DNA from: a virus
Reading direction: 5' to 3' (one strand)
DNA length: 64,000 nt
IMG/VR virus record: IMGVR_UViG_3300021471_000006
Span: 32,001 to 96,000 of that record
A model generated the notes under the pieces. It saw only the letters and a list, made by a program, of their open reading frames with translations, was not told the DNA's origin and did no database searches. The position numbers and the translations under genes are program-made. This document shows, piece after piece, positions 19,591-28,822 of the stretch. Within the stretch, counting starts at the first letter, position 1, and every line of letters starts with the position of its first letter.

Positions 19591-19925
19591 GAGGGGATTT
19601 TTCCCCTTTTTATTTTTTTAAGAGGTAAACAAAATGAACGAATATGGAATAAGACCCGAGTCTCAGCCCTATGTGTGTTCAAAATGTGGAATAAGTTTTA
19701 ATAGTAGAGGAGAATTATTTGAGCATAAACAATTAATACACAAAAGAGGCGATTAAAATGAACTACTGTATTAAATGCGGAAAAAGAACAAGCACTTATA
19801 GGACTTTTTGTAGTGATAAATGTAGAGGTGAATTTTATGGTAACATTTGCTAAAAAAGGACATCCTAAGGATTGTGAATGCCGAATATGTGTATGGAATT
19901 TTTCAGATAGACGGAGGTAAGTAAA

Positions 19926-20111
19926 ATGTCTAGAAAGAAAATGAAAACAAGAACAAACCCTAAGAAGGAAAAATATAGGGCACTTAAAACCCCTGATAGT
20001 GAGAAAGGCAGATATAAGCCAAAAGTTCCAGAACTAACACCCGAGCAAAGAAAACAAAAACTCTGGAATGAGAGAAAAATAAATCGGTTCTTTAGAAGAA
20101 GGAGGAGATGA
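19926..20111 (+). CDS. small highly basic protein
   Basis: GGAGGT SD; K/R-rich. Confidence 0.55.
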   Translation: MSRKKMKTRTNPKKEKYRALKTPDSEKGRYKPKVPELTPEQRKQKLWNERKINRFFRRRRR

Positions 20112-20527
20112 AAATGAAAAGAGTTACGAAAAGTGAACTGATTATCTATGATAGTGGGTGTATTATGGGAGCCGATAATCTTTTTGAGAGAATTAAAAGG
20201 ATTAATATTGATTATTCACAGGAGAACTTTTTAGTCTTTTATATGAACACCAAACACAAGATATTACATACCGAAATATTGTTTAAGGGCGGTTTAAATA
20301 GTAGCATAGTAGATTTAAGGACTTTATTTAGAAACACACTATTGCAAAACGCCCATAAAATTGTTGTTGCTCATAATCACCCGAGTGGAAATTTAACTCC
20401 TAGTGAAGAGGATTTAGATGTTTACAAGAATATGAAGGAAGCAGGTAAGATAATACAAATAGAGGTTCTTGATTTTGTAATTTTTAATAGGACCGAATTT
20501 TTTAGTTGTGGGAGGGAGTATGAATGA
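20108..20527 (+). CDS. RadC-like JAB domain protein (UPF0758)
   Basis: QENFLVFYMN, GGLNSSIVD, AHNHPSGNLTPSEED, IEVLDFVI. Confidence 0.9.
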   Translation: MKMKRVTKSELIIYDSGCIMGADNLFERIKRINIDYSQENFLVFYMNTKHKILHTEILFKGGLNSSIVDLRTLFRNTLLQNAHKIVVAHNHPSGNLTPSEEDLDVYKNMKEAGKIIQIEVLDFVIFNRTEFFSCGREYE

Positions 20528-21266
20528 AAAACTATGAAATAAAATATTTAGCCCGTTTAAGTGGAACATTAAACGAGGAACAAGTAGCAGAACTAATGTT
20601 AGATATAGGGAACCCTAATGGACTAATTCTCAAAGGCATTAGAAAGATAGGAGTACATAAAAAGTGTTTATCTGTTTGTAAAAACCCCTATTGTTCTAAT
20701 CAAATATCCGAGAATAGAACATTTTGTAAAGTATGCGCATATATAAACAAAATAGGATATCAACGTGGATATATTATTGGAAAGAACGGGTGGAGAAATA
20801 AATATGAGAAAAAGGCTAAAATTAAAATATGACCCACTCATTTCTTTTTTTTGTCCTGTATGTAAGAGCAAGACAAGACAGGCTAGAATAAACAATAAAA
20901 GAGTATGTGTGGGCTGTAATCTTTCTCTAACTCCCAATGAGTGTCTTATTATAGATAGGCGAGACAAGAATAAACATTTTAAACTAGGAACTGATTATAT
21001 TTTACCTTCACATTATAAACTATAAGGAGGCGATAGAAATGCAAATTGGAACATTTAAGGAAGGCAACATTGATTTAGACCCGTGGCAATTATTAAAGTT
21101 AATAGCACTCATTCTTATTCAGGCGGGACTAGTTGGTTTTGTCATATTCTTTACCTTAATGCTTTTGGGCGGCATCATAGGTGCCGTCTGATTTTTTTTT
21201 GTTAGGATTTCTAGGGGCCGAGGCGAGGAGAGGTAGCAGAGTGACGCCGGTTCGTGATAGGCAGAA

Positions 21267-21335
21267 GGAGGCTTCTGAAAACCTATTAGAAGGCTCGAGT
21301 TTAGTTAGGAGGCTCGAAGGAAATATGGAGGCTCA
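21267..21335 (+). repeat. four phased repeats GRAGGCTY
   Basis: Copies at 21267, 21289, 21308 and 21327 (19-22 bp spacing). Confidence 0.6.
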
Positions 21336-21883
21336 ATGACGGAAGCATACGACCGTACTAGTTCCGTTATCTAGCCTGGCCTGTCCTAGACTGGGCAATG
21401 CTCGCCCACCAAAAGATTTATAAAACTATCTAATTTAATTTTTCGGCTAATTGAGGAATGTTTTCTCCCAAATCGTGCCTGTTTATGCCCACCGATTTCC
21501 GAAATTATAGGACTTTTTATATACACACATCCGTGCGGAAGAACGTGCATCCTGTAGGTTTTCCGAAAATTGATTAAGTAACCGACCATAAAGTCGCCCA
21601 GAAAAAAACCAAAAAATTTATAAATGAATTTGATTTATAAGAGAATAACAATATAAATTATTTAAAACTGTAAAGGTGAGGACAGTATGGAAGAGATAGA
21701 AAAAGAAATTTTACAGGACGAACAAATTGAAGAAATGTTAGGATATTTCGAGTTTGATGAAAAAACTAAATCAATACCCGAAGAATTGCCTAAGGAATTC
21801 TATGAGCAACTTGAAGCAGATATAATTAAGGAGCAAACAGGAGAGGCTTATTTTGAAAGAATGAAAGAACTAGGTGAGATGTT

Positions 21884-22291
21884 ATGAGAGTTCTTACTAA
21901 GGTAGGACAAACACCAAGAGAAGCATTAGAGGACGCATATCTTCAAGCATATAAAGAACTCGAAGTTACCGAACTAGATTTCTTATTTGATAATCCTAGA
22001 GAGTGGCATAATGTAAAGCAAATAGTAGGAGATATTATGGGGTGCATAATGTTTGGAAGAACTGTGCCAAAGAGGGCGTCCAGAATGACGCCGGTTCGAG
22101 AGGGAATGAAATTCCTAAGAGACCGACCAATTAGGACTTATCCCCGAAAGATAAAAAATAAAAGGCAGAAGCTAAATTATCTAAAAAATCTATTCCTAAA
22201 TGGTGAAATTGACTTCGGAGTGTTCTGCGATTTAGCAGATATGATAGGAAACAGAACTAAAAAGAAAATATACCTTATGAAGGTGTTGTAA
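21884..22291 (+). CDS. hypothetical protein
   Basis: 135-aa ORF in the operon downstream of the TATA at 21611-21624. Confidence 0.65.
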   Translation: MRVLTKVGQTPREALEDAYLQAYKELEVTELDFLFDNPREWHNVKQIVGDIMGCIMFGRTVPKRASRMTPVREGMKFLRDRPIRTYPRKIKNKRQKLNYLKNLFLNGEIDFGVFCDLADMIGNRTKKKIYLMKVL

Positions 22292-23414
22292 AAATGTCCC
22301 CATATATGAGTTATATATTAACAAACGACCCGACTATGACAGATTTGAGAGAAAAATACTTAGGAGTTCCAGAAACCCAAAAGGAAAAGGAAGCTAGAAT
22401 AATAGCTATGGTTACAGAGAGAGTTACCGAAGAAATAAGAAAGGAGTTAAAAACTGAAAAACTCCTAATGGAGTTGATTTAACGTGAACGAAATCCAACT
22501 AACGGTGCTTGGAGAACTAACTCAAGAGATGAACTTATCTCCTAAAATAGTTGAAACAAGTATGAAACACCTTGAGAATCTAGAGGGACAAAAATGACAA
22601 AAGAAGAGGAATGGGAGAACAGATTTGACCTAACTGTCGGAGACAGAATGTTTTGGTGGGAGTTATGCTCACGAAATTTTTACAAGAGAGAGGTTTAGAA
22701 AAATGAAAGTAGGAGAATGTACTACACAAGAACAAATTGACGAAATTATAAGAATAAGAGCCGAAATATCCAAACTAAAAAGCCGAGTAAAAGAGTTGGA
22801 GGATAAAATTGTCCGACAAAATTATTGTTGAGGGATTACCGTTAGCAGAATTAGAAGAATTGCTTGCCCAAGTGGCAACACTTCAAAAGAAAAAAGAACG
22901 GTTAAATAGTTTAATTAATAAAATACTTGAAATTGCCGACGAGCAAATTCATATAATTCATTATGACAAGACATCAGCAAAAGTAAGAGGCTTAATAAGA
23001 GAATATAGACGAAAGACAATATAAAACATTGTGGAGGGAGAATGAAAAATGAGTATTAAATGTCCGATATGTGGAGAAATTACACCACCCAAACAACCCA
23101 CACACAGAATAACTTATAAAGAGTTCACAAAAGAAGGCTCTAAAATTACAGGCGAGATAACTGTTTGTCAGAACTGTGGCAGTAGGCACAGAAAATTGGT
23201 TGAGGTGATTTAAATTGAATAATACCCAAGTATACGAAAGGTGTCCCAAGTGTGGACATTTTGAAATAAAAAACATTCTTTTTAATAACGGTTGTGAAGA
23301 ATGTGGATATACAGGTGGAGAAATTGCTAGAACAGGATAGAAAATGCTACTTTGATGATATAGAGGTAGATGAAGATACCTATGAACATTATTTAATGGA
23401 GGCTAGACTAGAAA

Positions 23415-23654
23415 ATGGCATATAAATATCCGGAAGGCACAGAAATCCTTTGCATTAAAAATGGAGAGCCTTTTGTAGCAGGAAGAATATATACTGTCTA
23501 TCATAGTGAGAGGTGGAGAGAGGCTCACGGCTATAGGTTTAAAGATGTTGAGTGGGAAGAAGACCCGGGCTGGTCTCAGTCCTTTATTGAAAGTCCCGAC
23601 TATTTTAAGAAAGTAGAGAAAAAGGTAACAAGTTGGAGAAAATTAATAGAATGA
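23415..23654 (+). CDS. small beta-barrel (SH3-like) protein with C-terminal W-box
   Basis: YKYPEGTEIL...KKVTSWRKLIE. Confidence 0.65.
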   Translation: MAYKYPEGTEILCIKNGEPFVAGRIYTVYHSERWREAHGYRFKDVEWEEDPGWSQSFIESPDYFKKVEKKVTSWRKLIE

Positions 23655-23737
23655 AATTCAAATTAGGATTTAAAGAGAGAGACCTAGAACTTAATAATAT
23701 AAACTTCTGGAGGCGTCATTTAAATGGGGAGATTTAA
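23651..23737 (+). CDS. 28-aa micro-ORF with a W-box variant (not in the ORF track)
   Basis: MKFKLGFKERDLELNNINFWRRHLNGEI*; ATGA-coupled to the upstream gene. Confidence 0.45.
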   Translation: MKFKLGFKERDLELNNINFWRRHLNGEI

Positions 23738-23951
23738 AGTGGGAGACAAAATTAGATTTATTGAAAACGGAGACTTTTTACATAATGATTACGGTATTAG
23801 TGAAAGTTGTGCAGGTCATACGGGAACTATTGTTGCGGAATACAGGAACTCTGAATATAGTATCAGATGTTCCTGTGGAATATTATGGTTGGCTTTTGAA
23901 AGACATTTTACGTCCCCGAGAATAGATAATTGGAAAAAGGTAATAGAATGA
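23724..23951 (+). CDS. SH3-like protein with C-terminal W-box
   Basis: RFKVGDKIR...PRIDNWKKVIE. Confidence 0.7.
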   Translation: MGRFKVGDKIRFIENGDFLHNDYGISESCAGHTGTIVAEYRNSEYSIRCSCGILWLAFERHFTSPRIDNWKKVIE

Positions 23952-24243
23952 CAATAGACCCAGAAACGAAAGAAGAACACATTAGTCCCGTTGGATTAGA
24001 ACATCAGGGACCCCAAATTAGTAAAGGAGGCATTTATTATGCTAACATTAAACTTAGGCATTGGATTATCTGTCTTATTCAAGACGCATACCCGGAACTA
24101 AAAGAACGTATGACTAACAACCCAAATGCCATTAACATCCTGTCGGCATTCATAGCTTTAGTTCCACTACAGACTAAGGGGAAACTAACTCCCGAGTTAA
24201 AAAGAAAAATATTAAAAAATTATAAACTAATATAGGTGATAAA

Positions 24244-24513
24244 ATGACAACACTTTACAATAGTAGGTACGACCATTTTAGACGTGGTAGAGTAAGTATA
24301 GAAACTGCAGAAACAGGCAGAAGCAAGTGCCAGAAATGTAATAGAATAATAGGTAAGGGAGAGCCCCGACTTGTTTACGACGGATATAATTATAAATATT
24401 GGTGTAATGCCTGCACTTTAAGAGAGTTAAAAAGGGAATTTGAAAAATTAGAGAAAATCTTGAGTGTTTCTTGGAGAGCCCGAATAGAGGCAGAGCCAGA
24501 GGTGGAAAGATGA
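24244..24513 (+). CDS. PARP-type zinc-finger protein with W-box
   Basis: IETAETGRSKCQKCNRIIGKGEPRL...CNAC; SVSWRARIE. Confidence 0.7.
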   Translation: MTTLYNSRYDHFRRGRVSIETAETGRSKCQKCNRIIGKGEPRLVYDGYNYKYWCNACTLRELKREFEKLEKILSVSWRARIEAEPEVER

Positions 24514-24630
24514 AACTAATCTTTAATATGTATATAAAGAGAGAAGATATGGGAAAAGAAGAGGCTAAGAAACTTGCAATAGAAACCGGTATAGCAATAC
24601 AAGATTTTCAAATGAAATATCCTGTAGAGT

Positions 24631-24975
24631 TTGAAGGTGTTGAATTTGAAGATTGACCTATCTGTTTACAGTTTAGTTTTTCGAGCAAAAGAACTTAACT
24701 CAAAGTTCTCCCTAAAAGAGGGAGACTTAATCGTAGCTAGAAAGGAATGTCATAATGATATGGAAAAGAAAGTTGTAGAGGTAATACAAGTAAATCACCC
24801 AATAGAAAAAAAAGGATATGTAGTTAAAGTTTTAGAGAATATGGACACACGCCTATTACCGAGATTTTCCTCTGGAACAATTTGGAATATGAGGCATATG
24901 AAAAACTCTATACATACGGACTGCGACATATATAGAAAAACTAAAATAAAAAGTTGGAGGGAGAAAATAAGATGA
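24631..24975 (+). CDS. SH3-like protein with W-box
   Basis: LKEGDLIV...KIKSWREKIR. Confidence 0.6.
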   Translation: MKVLNLKIDLSVYSLVFRAKELNSKFSLKEGDLIVARKECHNDMEKKVVEVIQVNHPIEKKGYVVKVLENMDTRLLPRFSSGTIWNMRHMKNSIHTDCDIYRKTKIKSWREKIR

Positions 24976-25595
24976 AAATAACAACCGTGAATGGTAAAGA
25001 AATTAAGAAAGATATGCTTGAGGAACTGTCCCCAAGGATAGAGGATATTAGAAAATGGTTTGAGAAACAAGAGTTTTATAAAACGGATGAATTATGTCCA
25101 GATTATTTTGAACTAATCTATTCTCCGGAATGTATTAAATTAATTAAATCCAGAGTAGACCTTACTATGCTAACAGAAATAAATCCTGAGGCTGTTAATT
25201 GGTATGACTTAATAAGACAAAACGAAAGGGAGGTAGAAGATATGAGTCCGGAAATACTAGAGAAACGATATGAATTTGAAGAAACAGGCATTTGTGAAGA
25301 ACACATATTAGTACCCACAACGCCGTTCAAGACAGCTGCCGGAGAATTTAAAGTAGAGAACTGTGCAATATGTAGACAGGCATGGGTAACAATAGGAGAA
25401 ACAACTTACCAAGACGATTTACTTAAATTACTTAGGTGGATAGCATACATAAGCATTAAACAGGAGCAAAAAGAGAAGAATGTTAAAGACATTATGAACT
25501 TATTGGGGCTCGAAGAAGAAAAGAAACAACAAATAATAGTGGGCGATTTAATGACTACAACAAACCCGTCTAAAGAACTAATGGAGATAATTTAA
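24972..25595 (+). CDS. hypothetical protein
   Basis: About 207-aa ORF with C..H and CAIC. Confidence 0.65.
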   Translation: MKITTVNGKEIKKDMLEELSPRIEDIRKWFEKQEFYKTDELCPDYFELIYSPECIKLIKSRVDLTMLTEINPEAVNWYDLIRQNEREVEDMSPEILEKRYEFEETGICEEHILVPTTPFKTAAGEFKVENCAICRQAWVTIGETTYQDDLLKLLRWIAYISIKQEQKEKNVKDIMNLLGLEEEKKQQIIVGDLMTTTNPSKELMEII

Positions 25596-25820
25596 ATGGA
25601 AAATTTTACCTTTGGTGATATAGAAATAGGAGATAAGTTACTAATGGGAGAACGACAACGCAGAATTAGTTTTCCTGTTGTTGAAATTCATAAAAAATCT
25701 AATAAGGTCTCAATTAGAAAGTTAAGCGGATATATATATAAAGTAAATCCTCTAAAATATTCGGCACTTAGAAAGTCCAAAAAGAAAAAAGTTAAATCTT
25801 GGAAAAGGTTAATAGAATGA
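25596..25820 (+). CDS. SH3-like protein with W-box
   Basis: DIEIGDKLL...KVKSWKRLIE. Confidence 0.65.
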   Translation: MENFTFGDIEIGDKLLMGERQRRISFPVVEIHKKSNKVSIRKLSGYIYKVNPLKYSALRKSKKKKVKSWKRLIE

Positions 25821-26056
25821 AAAGTATTAAAGTCAAAAACTTTATAATAGAAGAAGGAGATATATTAGGAAATAACCATTATTGGTATAAGGTTTTGAAA
25901 CTTTATCTTCCCAAGAAGAAAGGCTGTTTTATAGCACAGCTTGTTCAAATCGAAAATAACAAAGAGAAAGGGCTTCCATTTGATTATGAGGACTTTGATT
26001 GGATTACAAAAATAAAGAAATCTAAAATTAAAAATTGGAGGGAGTACATTGAATAA
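25817..26056 (+). CDS. SH3-like protein with W-box
   Basis: IIEEGDIL...KIKNWREYIE. Confidence 0.65.
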   Translation: MKSIKVKNFIIEEGDILGNNHYWYKVLKLYLPKKKGCFIAQLVQIENNKEKGLPFDYEDFDWITKIKKSKIKNWREYIE

Positions 26057-26314
26057 AGAAATTAAAATAGGCGATGAAGCAAGAATAAATCCTGACATTA
26101 CTTGTGAACTATGCGGAGCTAGAGAGGTACTTGTTAAAACTAATTTAGGAACTTGGGTGTCTAATCTAATTTACTATATGGGACAACTTGTTTGTAAGGA
26201 CAGAGCAGATTGTATTAGAGCTCGGGAACTTAATAGCATAGGAGTTTACGGTATTGATAACGGAATTATAGTTGAACAAAATGGAGAAACTATTTTTGAG
26301 GCGTTTAAAGAAAA

Positions 26315-26872
26315 ATGATTAAACTAACGGCAGAACAAATCTATAATTTATTTGTCCACAGAAAGGATGTATTCGCAAGACAATACAAAGGTGGCTTTTA
26401 TATTCCCGTTAGAAGACCCATAACAGTTGCAGATATAGAAAAACATTTAAGAGGAGAGGCAACATATGGACTGTATTGTTTAGATTTAGATAATACAATA
26501 AAGTGGGCTTGTATAGATTTAGACGCAGATATAAAGGGAGAGAATAAGGAAGCAGAGTTACGCCGGATGGAAAAAGACAGCAAAGTTATTTATGAATTAT
26601 TCCACGATTTCCCTAGAATGAGAGAGTTTAGTGGTAGAAAAGGTTATCATATTTGGATATTTTTTAATCCGCCCGTAACAGCAGAATTTGGGAGAACTTT
26701 AGTTCGTGCTAGACTAAATAGCATTCAGGCCCTAAAACACGAGGTATATCCGAAACAAACTGAACTAAATAAAAATCGAAAGTATGGAAATTTAGTTAAA
26801 ATTCCGCAAGCAGTTCATCAGGTTTCAGGAAAACGAAGTAAAATACTTGAAATGTGGGGTATAAGACTATGA
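26315..26872 (+). CDS. archaeo-eukaryotic primase (AEP) catalytic domain
   Basis: WACIDLD (DxD), EFSGRKGYHIWIFF, EVYPKQ, GNLVKIP. Confidence 0.85.
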   Translation: MIKLTAEQIYNLFVHRKDVFARQYKGGFYIPVRRPITVADIEKHLRGEATYGLYCLDLDNTIKWACIDLDADIKGENKEAELRRMEKDSKVIYELFHDFPRMREFSGRKGYHIWIFFNPPVTAEFGRTLVRARLNSIQALKHEVYPKQTELNKNRKYGNLVKIPQAVHQVSGKRSKILEMWGIRL

Positions 26873-27120
26873 GAAAGTTCAAGATAGGAGATAGAGTAAA
26901 ATTAATTAACAAAGATATGGTGTTTTTTAAAGTGGGAGAAACGGGTACTATAAGATGTTTTTACGAGGGTGCTAGACCAGATGTGGGAGTTGAATGGGAT
27001 ACTAAAAGTAATCATAGACACTCTTTACACGGAAACTGCAAAGAAGGATACGGCTATTATGTTTTTGAGGAAGATTTAGAACTAGAAAAGATAAAAAGCT
27101 GGAGGGAACTGTTAAAATGA
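26869..27120 (+). CDS. SH3-like protein with W-box
   Basis: KFKIGDRVK...VGVEWD...EKIKSWRELLK. Confidence 0.7.
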   Translation: MRKFKIGDRVKLINKDMVFFKVGETGTIRCFYEGARPDVGVEWDTKSNHRHSLHGNCKEGYGYYVFEEDLELEKIKSWRELLK

Positions 27121-27326
27121 AATTTAAGGTTGGAGAGATAGTAAGACAAATAAAAAATCTATCGAAAAGTGAAGACCCGTTATGTGAGATAGTGGAAATA
27201 AGAAAAATCGGAAAAAAAACAGAAATAGTGCATAGGCACTTAAATAAGGATTTTACATCTAGTGCCCTTGAAGACAACTTTGAAAAAGTTGAAATTGATA
27301 ATTGGAGGAAGATTATTGACGTTTGA
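27117..27326 (+). CDS. SH3-like protein with W-box
   Basis: KFKVGEIVR...EIDNWRKIIDV. Confidence 0.7.
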   Translation: MKFKVGEIVRQIKNLSKSEDPLCEIVEIRKIGKKTEIVHRHLNKDFTSSALEDNFEKVEIDNWRKIIDV

Positions 27327-27442
27327 AACGATTATTCGGAAAGAGGACTGTTCCCAAGAAAAGCAAAACATTTATAAATAAAACTGATTTACTAGAGAAT
27401 AACAAAAAATTAACTTATGGTAACAGCAAAACGGAGAATAAA

Positions 27443-28201
27443 ATGTTTAAGAAATTTGAATTAGCTAGACAAATGTATAATCAGTATTGGGGCTATCTGA
27501 CACCGTTCCAAAAACGAAACGTTGTACAGGCATTAAATAATAATAAAACTATTATTAAACCAAGAAAAACAGTTTCGTCGGTTAAAAAAACCAAATTAGC
27601 TGATAAATATAAGGCAATAAGAAAGAAAGATTGTCCTAATAAAATTCGTGTAAATAATTTAATTGCAGATTTAATAAAAAAGGACTCACGCTTAAAAAAG
27701 GGAACTGCTCTAATTTTAGACGCAGAAACTACCCTTACTTTAAGAACTCTGTTAGCTATCGGGTATCCCAAGTATTTGATAGATAGTGTCAATTATATTG
27801 AGGACACCTATAAACAAATCAAGGCACATCACCGTCAAACCTATCATATGCTATTAGGCGACTATATAGATATGATAGGTAAGATACCCGAAAATAAACA
27901 TTCAGTTACGGTTGCGTTTCCAGATTATTGTTGTAGTATTAAAGGAAATAAAGATATGAAACCAAGAGAGGACTTAATCAAGTTTTTCACTTATAAGTTA
28001 TTAGCTAAACCTAGTTTATTAGCCATAACTTTCTCTTGGAGAGCAGGGAAGAAAGAGGTGAAAGAAGGGCATTTCGAGTCCCTAACTAAATTAGATAATT
28101 TAATAACTCAAACTGCGAAAGATAACGGCTATCTAGCAGTTATTAAAGACGGACTATCTTATAAAGGTAGTATGTTTTTTAGAATATATAAAATACATTA
28201 G
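27443..28201 (+). CDS. hypothetical protein with a possible Rossmann methyltransferase-like C-terminal domain and an N-terminal LARQMY module
   Basis: GGAG SD before ATG 27443; ALILDAE...AFPDYC...LLAITFS strand pattern (weak). Confidence 0.5.
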   Translation: MFKKFELARQMYNQYWGYLTPFQKRNVVQALNNNKTIIKPRKTVSSVKKTKLADKYKAIRKKDCPNKIRVNNLIADLIKKDSRLKKGTALILDAETTLTLRTLLAIGYPKYLIDSVNYIEDTYKQIKAHHRQTYHMLLGDYIDMIGKIPENKHSVTVAFPDYCCSIKGNKDMKPREDLIKFFTYKLLAKPSLLAITFSWRAGKKEVKEGHFESLTKLDNLITQTAKDNGYLAVIKDGLSYKGSMFFRIYKIH

Positions 28202-28312
28202 TTATGTTTCTGGCACGAAAAGGTAAGCCCAGTTAGTAGGACGAAGAATAGTATCTCGTGTTTTTAACGAGAGAAGGTAGTAGTCTATTTGATACGTGTT
28301 TGGTACGGATCC

Positions 28313-28345
28313 GGGGGACATTTTAGTCCCCCTTCATTTTTATTT
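28313..28345 (+). terminator. GC hairpin followed by a T-tract
   Basis: GGGGGAC-ATTTTA-GTCCCCC then TTCATTTTTATTTT. Confidence 0.65.
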
Positions 28346-28414
28346 TCCCTTATCGGGGATTAGGGAAGTTAAAATATGTCCCCACAAAAAAACAGTATTG
28401 GAGGTGTCCGCAAA

Positions 28415-28759
28415 ATGGCTACAAAAGGACAATTAGCTAGACAGATGTATGGTAAAGCACTATACGAGTTGTCAGCAGGAGAGAAAGCCGCAGTAACAAG
28501 AGCATTTAACTCACAAGGAGCTTCTAGCTCAAGTGCCACAGTTACAGCTGAAGTGGGAAGAATTGGTGTCAATGGCACCCAAAGATGTATTTTATCCGAG
28601 GGTGAAACAGTTGGCGAGTTAATCGAGCAGTCAGGCTTCAAACTTGACAGCAAGAAAGAAGGAGTTGTTGCTCAATCAACCGGAAAGAGGGTTTTACTTT
28701 CTGAACCTGTTGTACACGGGGAAACCTATGTTATAACACCAGAAATAAAATCAGCTTAA
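28415..28759 (+). CDS. ubiquitin-like (beta-grasp) protein with an N-terminal helical extension
   Basis: VTAEVGRIG...LSEGETVGELIEQSGF...LSEPVVHGETYVITPEIKSA fits a ThiS/Ubl pattern; GGAGGTG SD; first gene of the E2-JAB-E1 operon. Confidence 0.72.
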   Translation: MATKGQLARQMYGKALYELSAGEKAAVTRAFNSQGASSSSATVTAEVGRIGVNGTQRCILSEGETVGELIEQSGFKLDSKKEGVVAQSTGKRVLLSEPVVHGETYVITPEIKSA

Positions 28760-28822
28760 ATAAATTTTTTGGGGCATTTGCCCCACTTTTCATATTCATT
28801 ATACAATAAACGGAGGATTAAA

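Noticed and set aside
20108-20527. RadC JAB as part of the ubiquitin-like system
   Set aside because: Typical RadC/UPF0758 family, 8 kb away; the operon has its own JAB
14411-21680. CRISPR array or mini-array
   Set aside because: Repeats are 8-14 bp, in mixed orientation and irregularly spaced; no repeat-spacer periodicity
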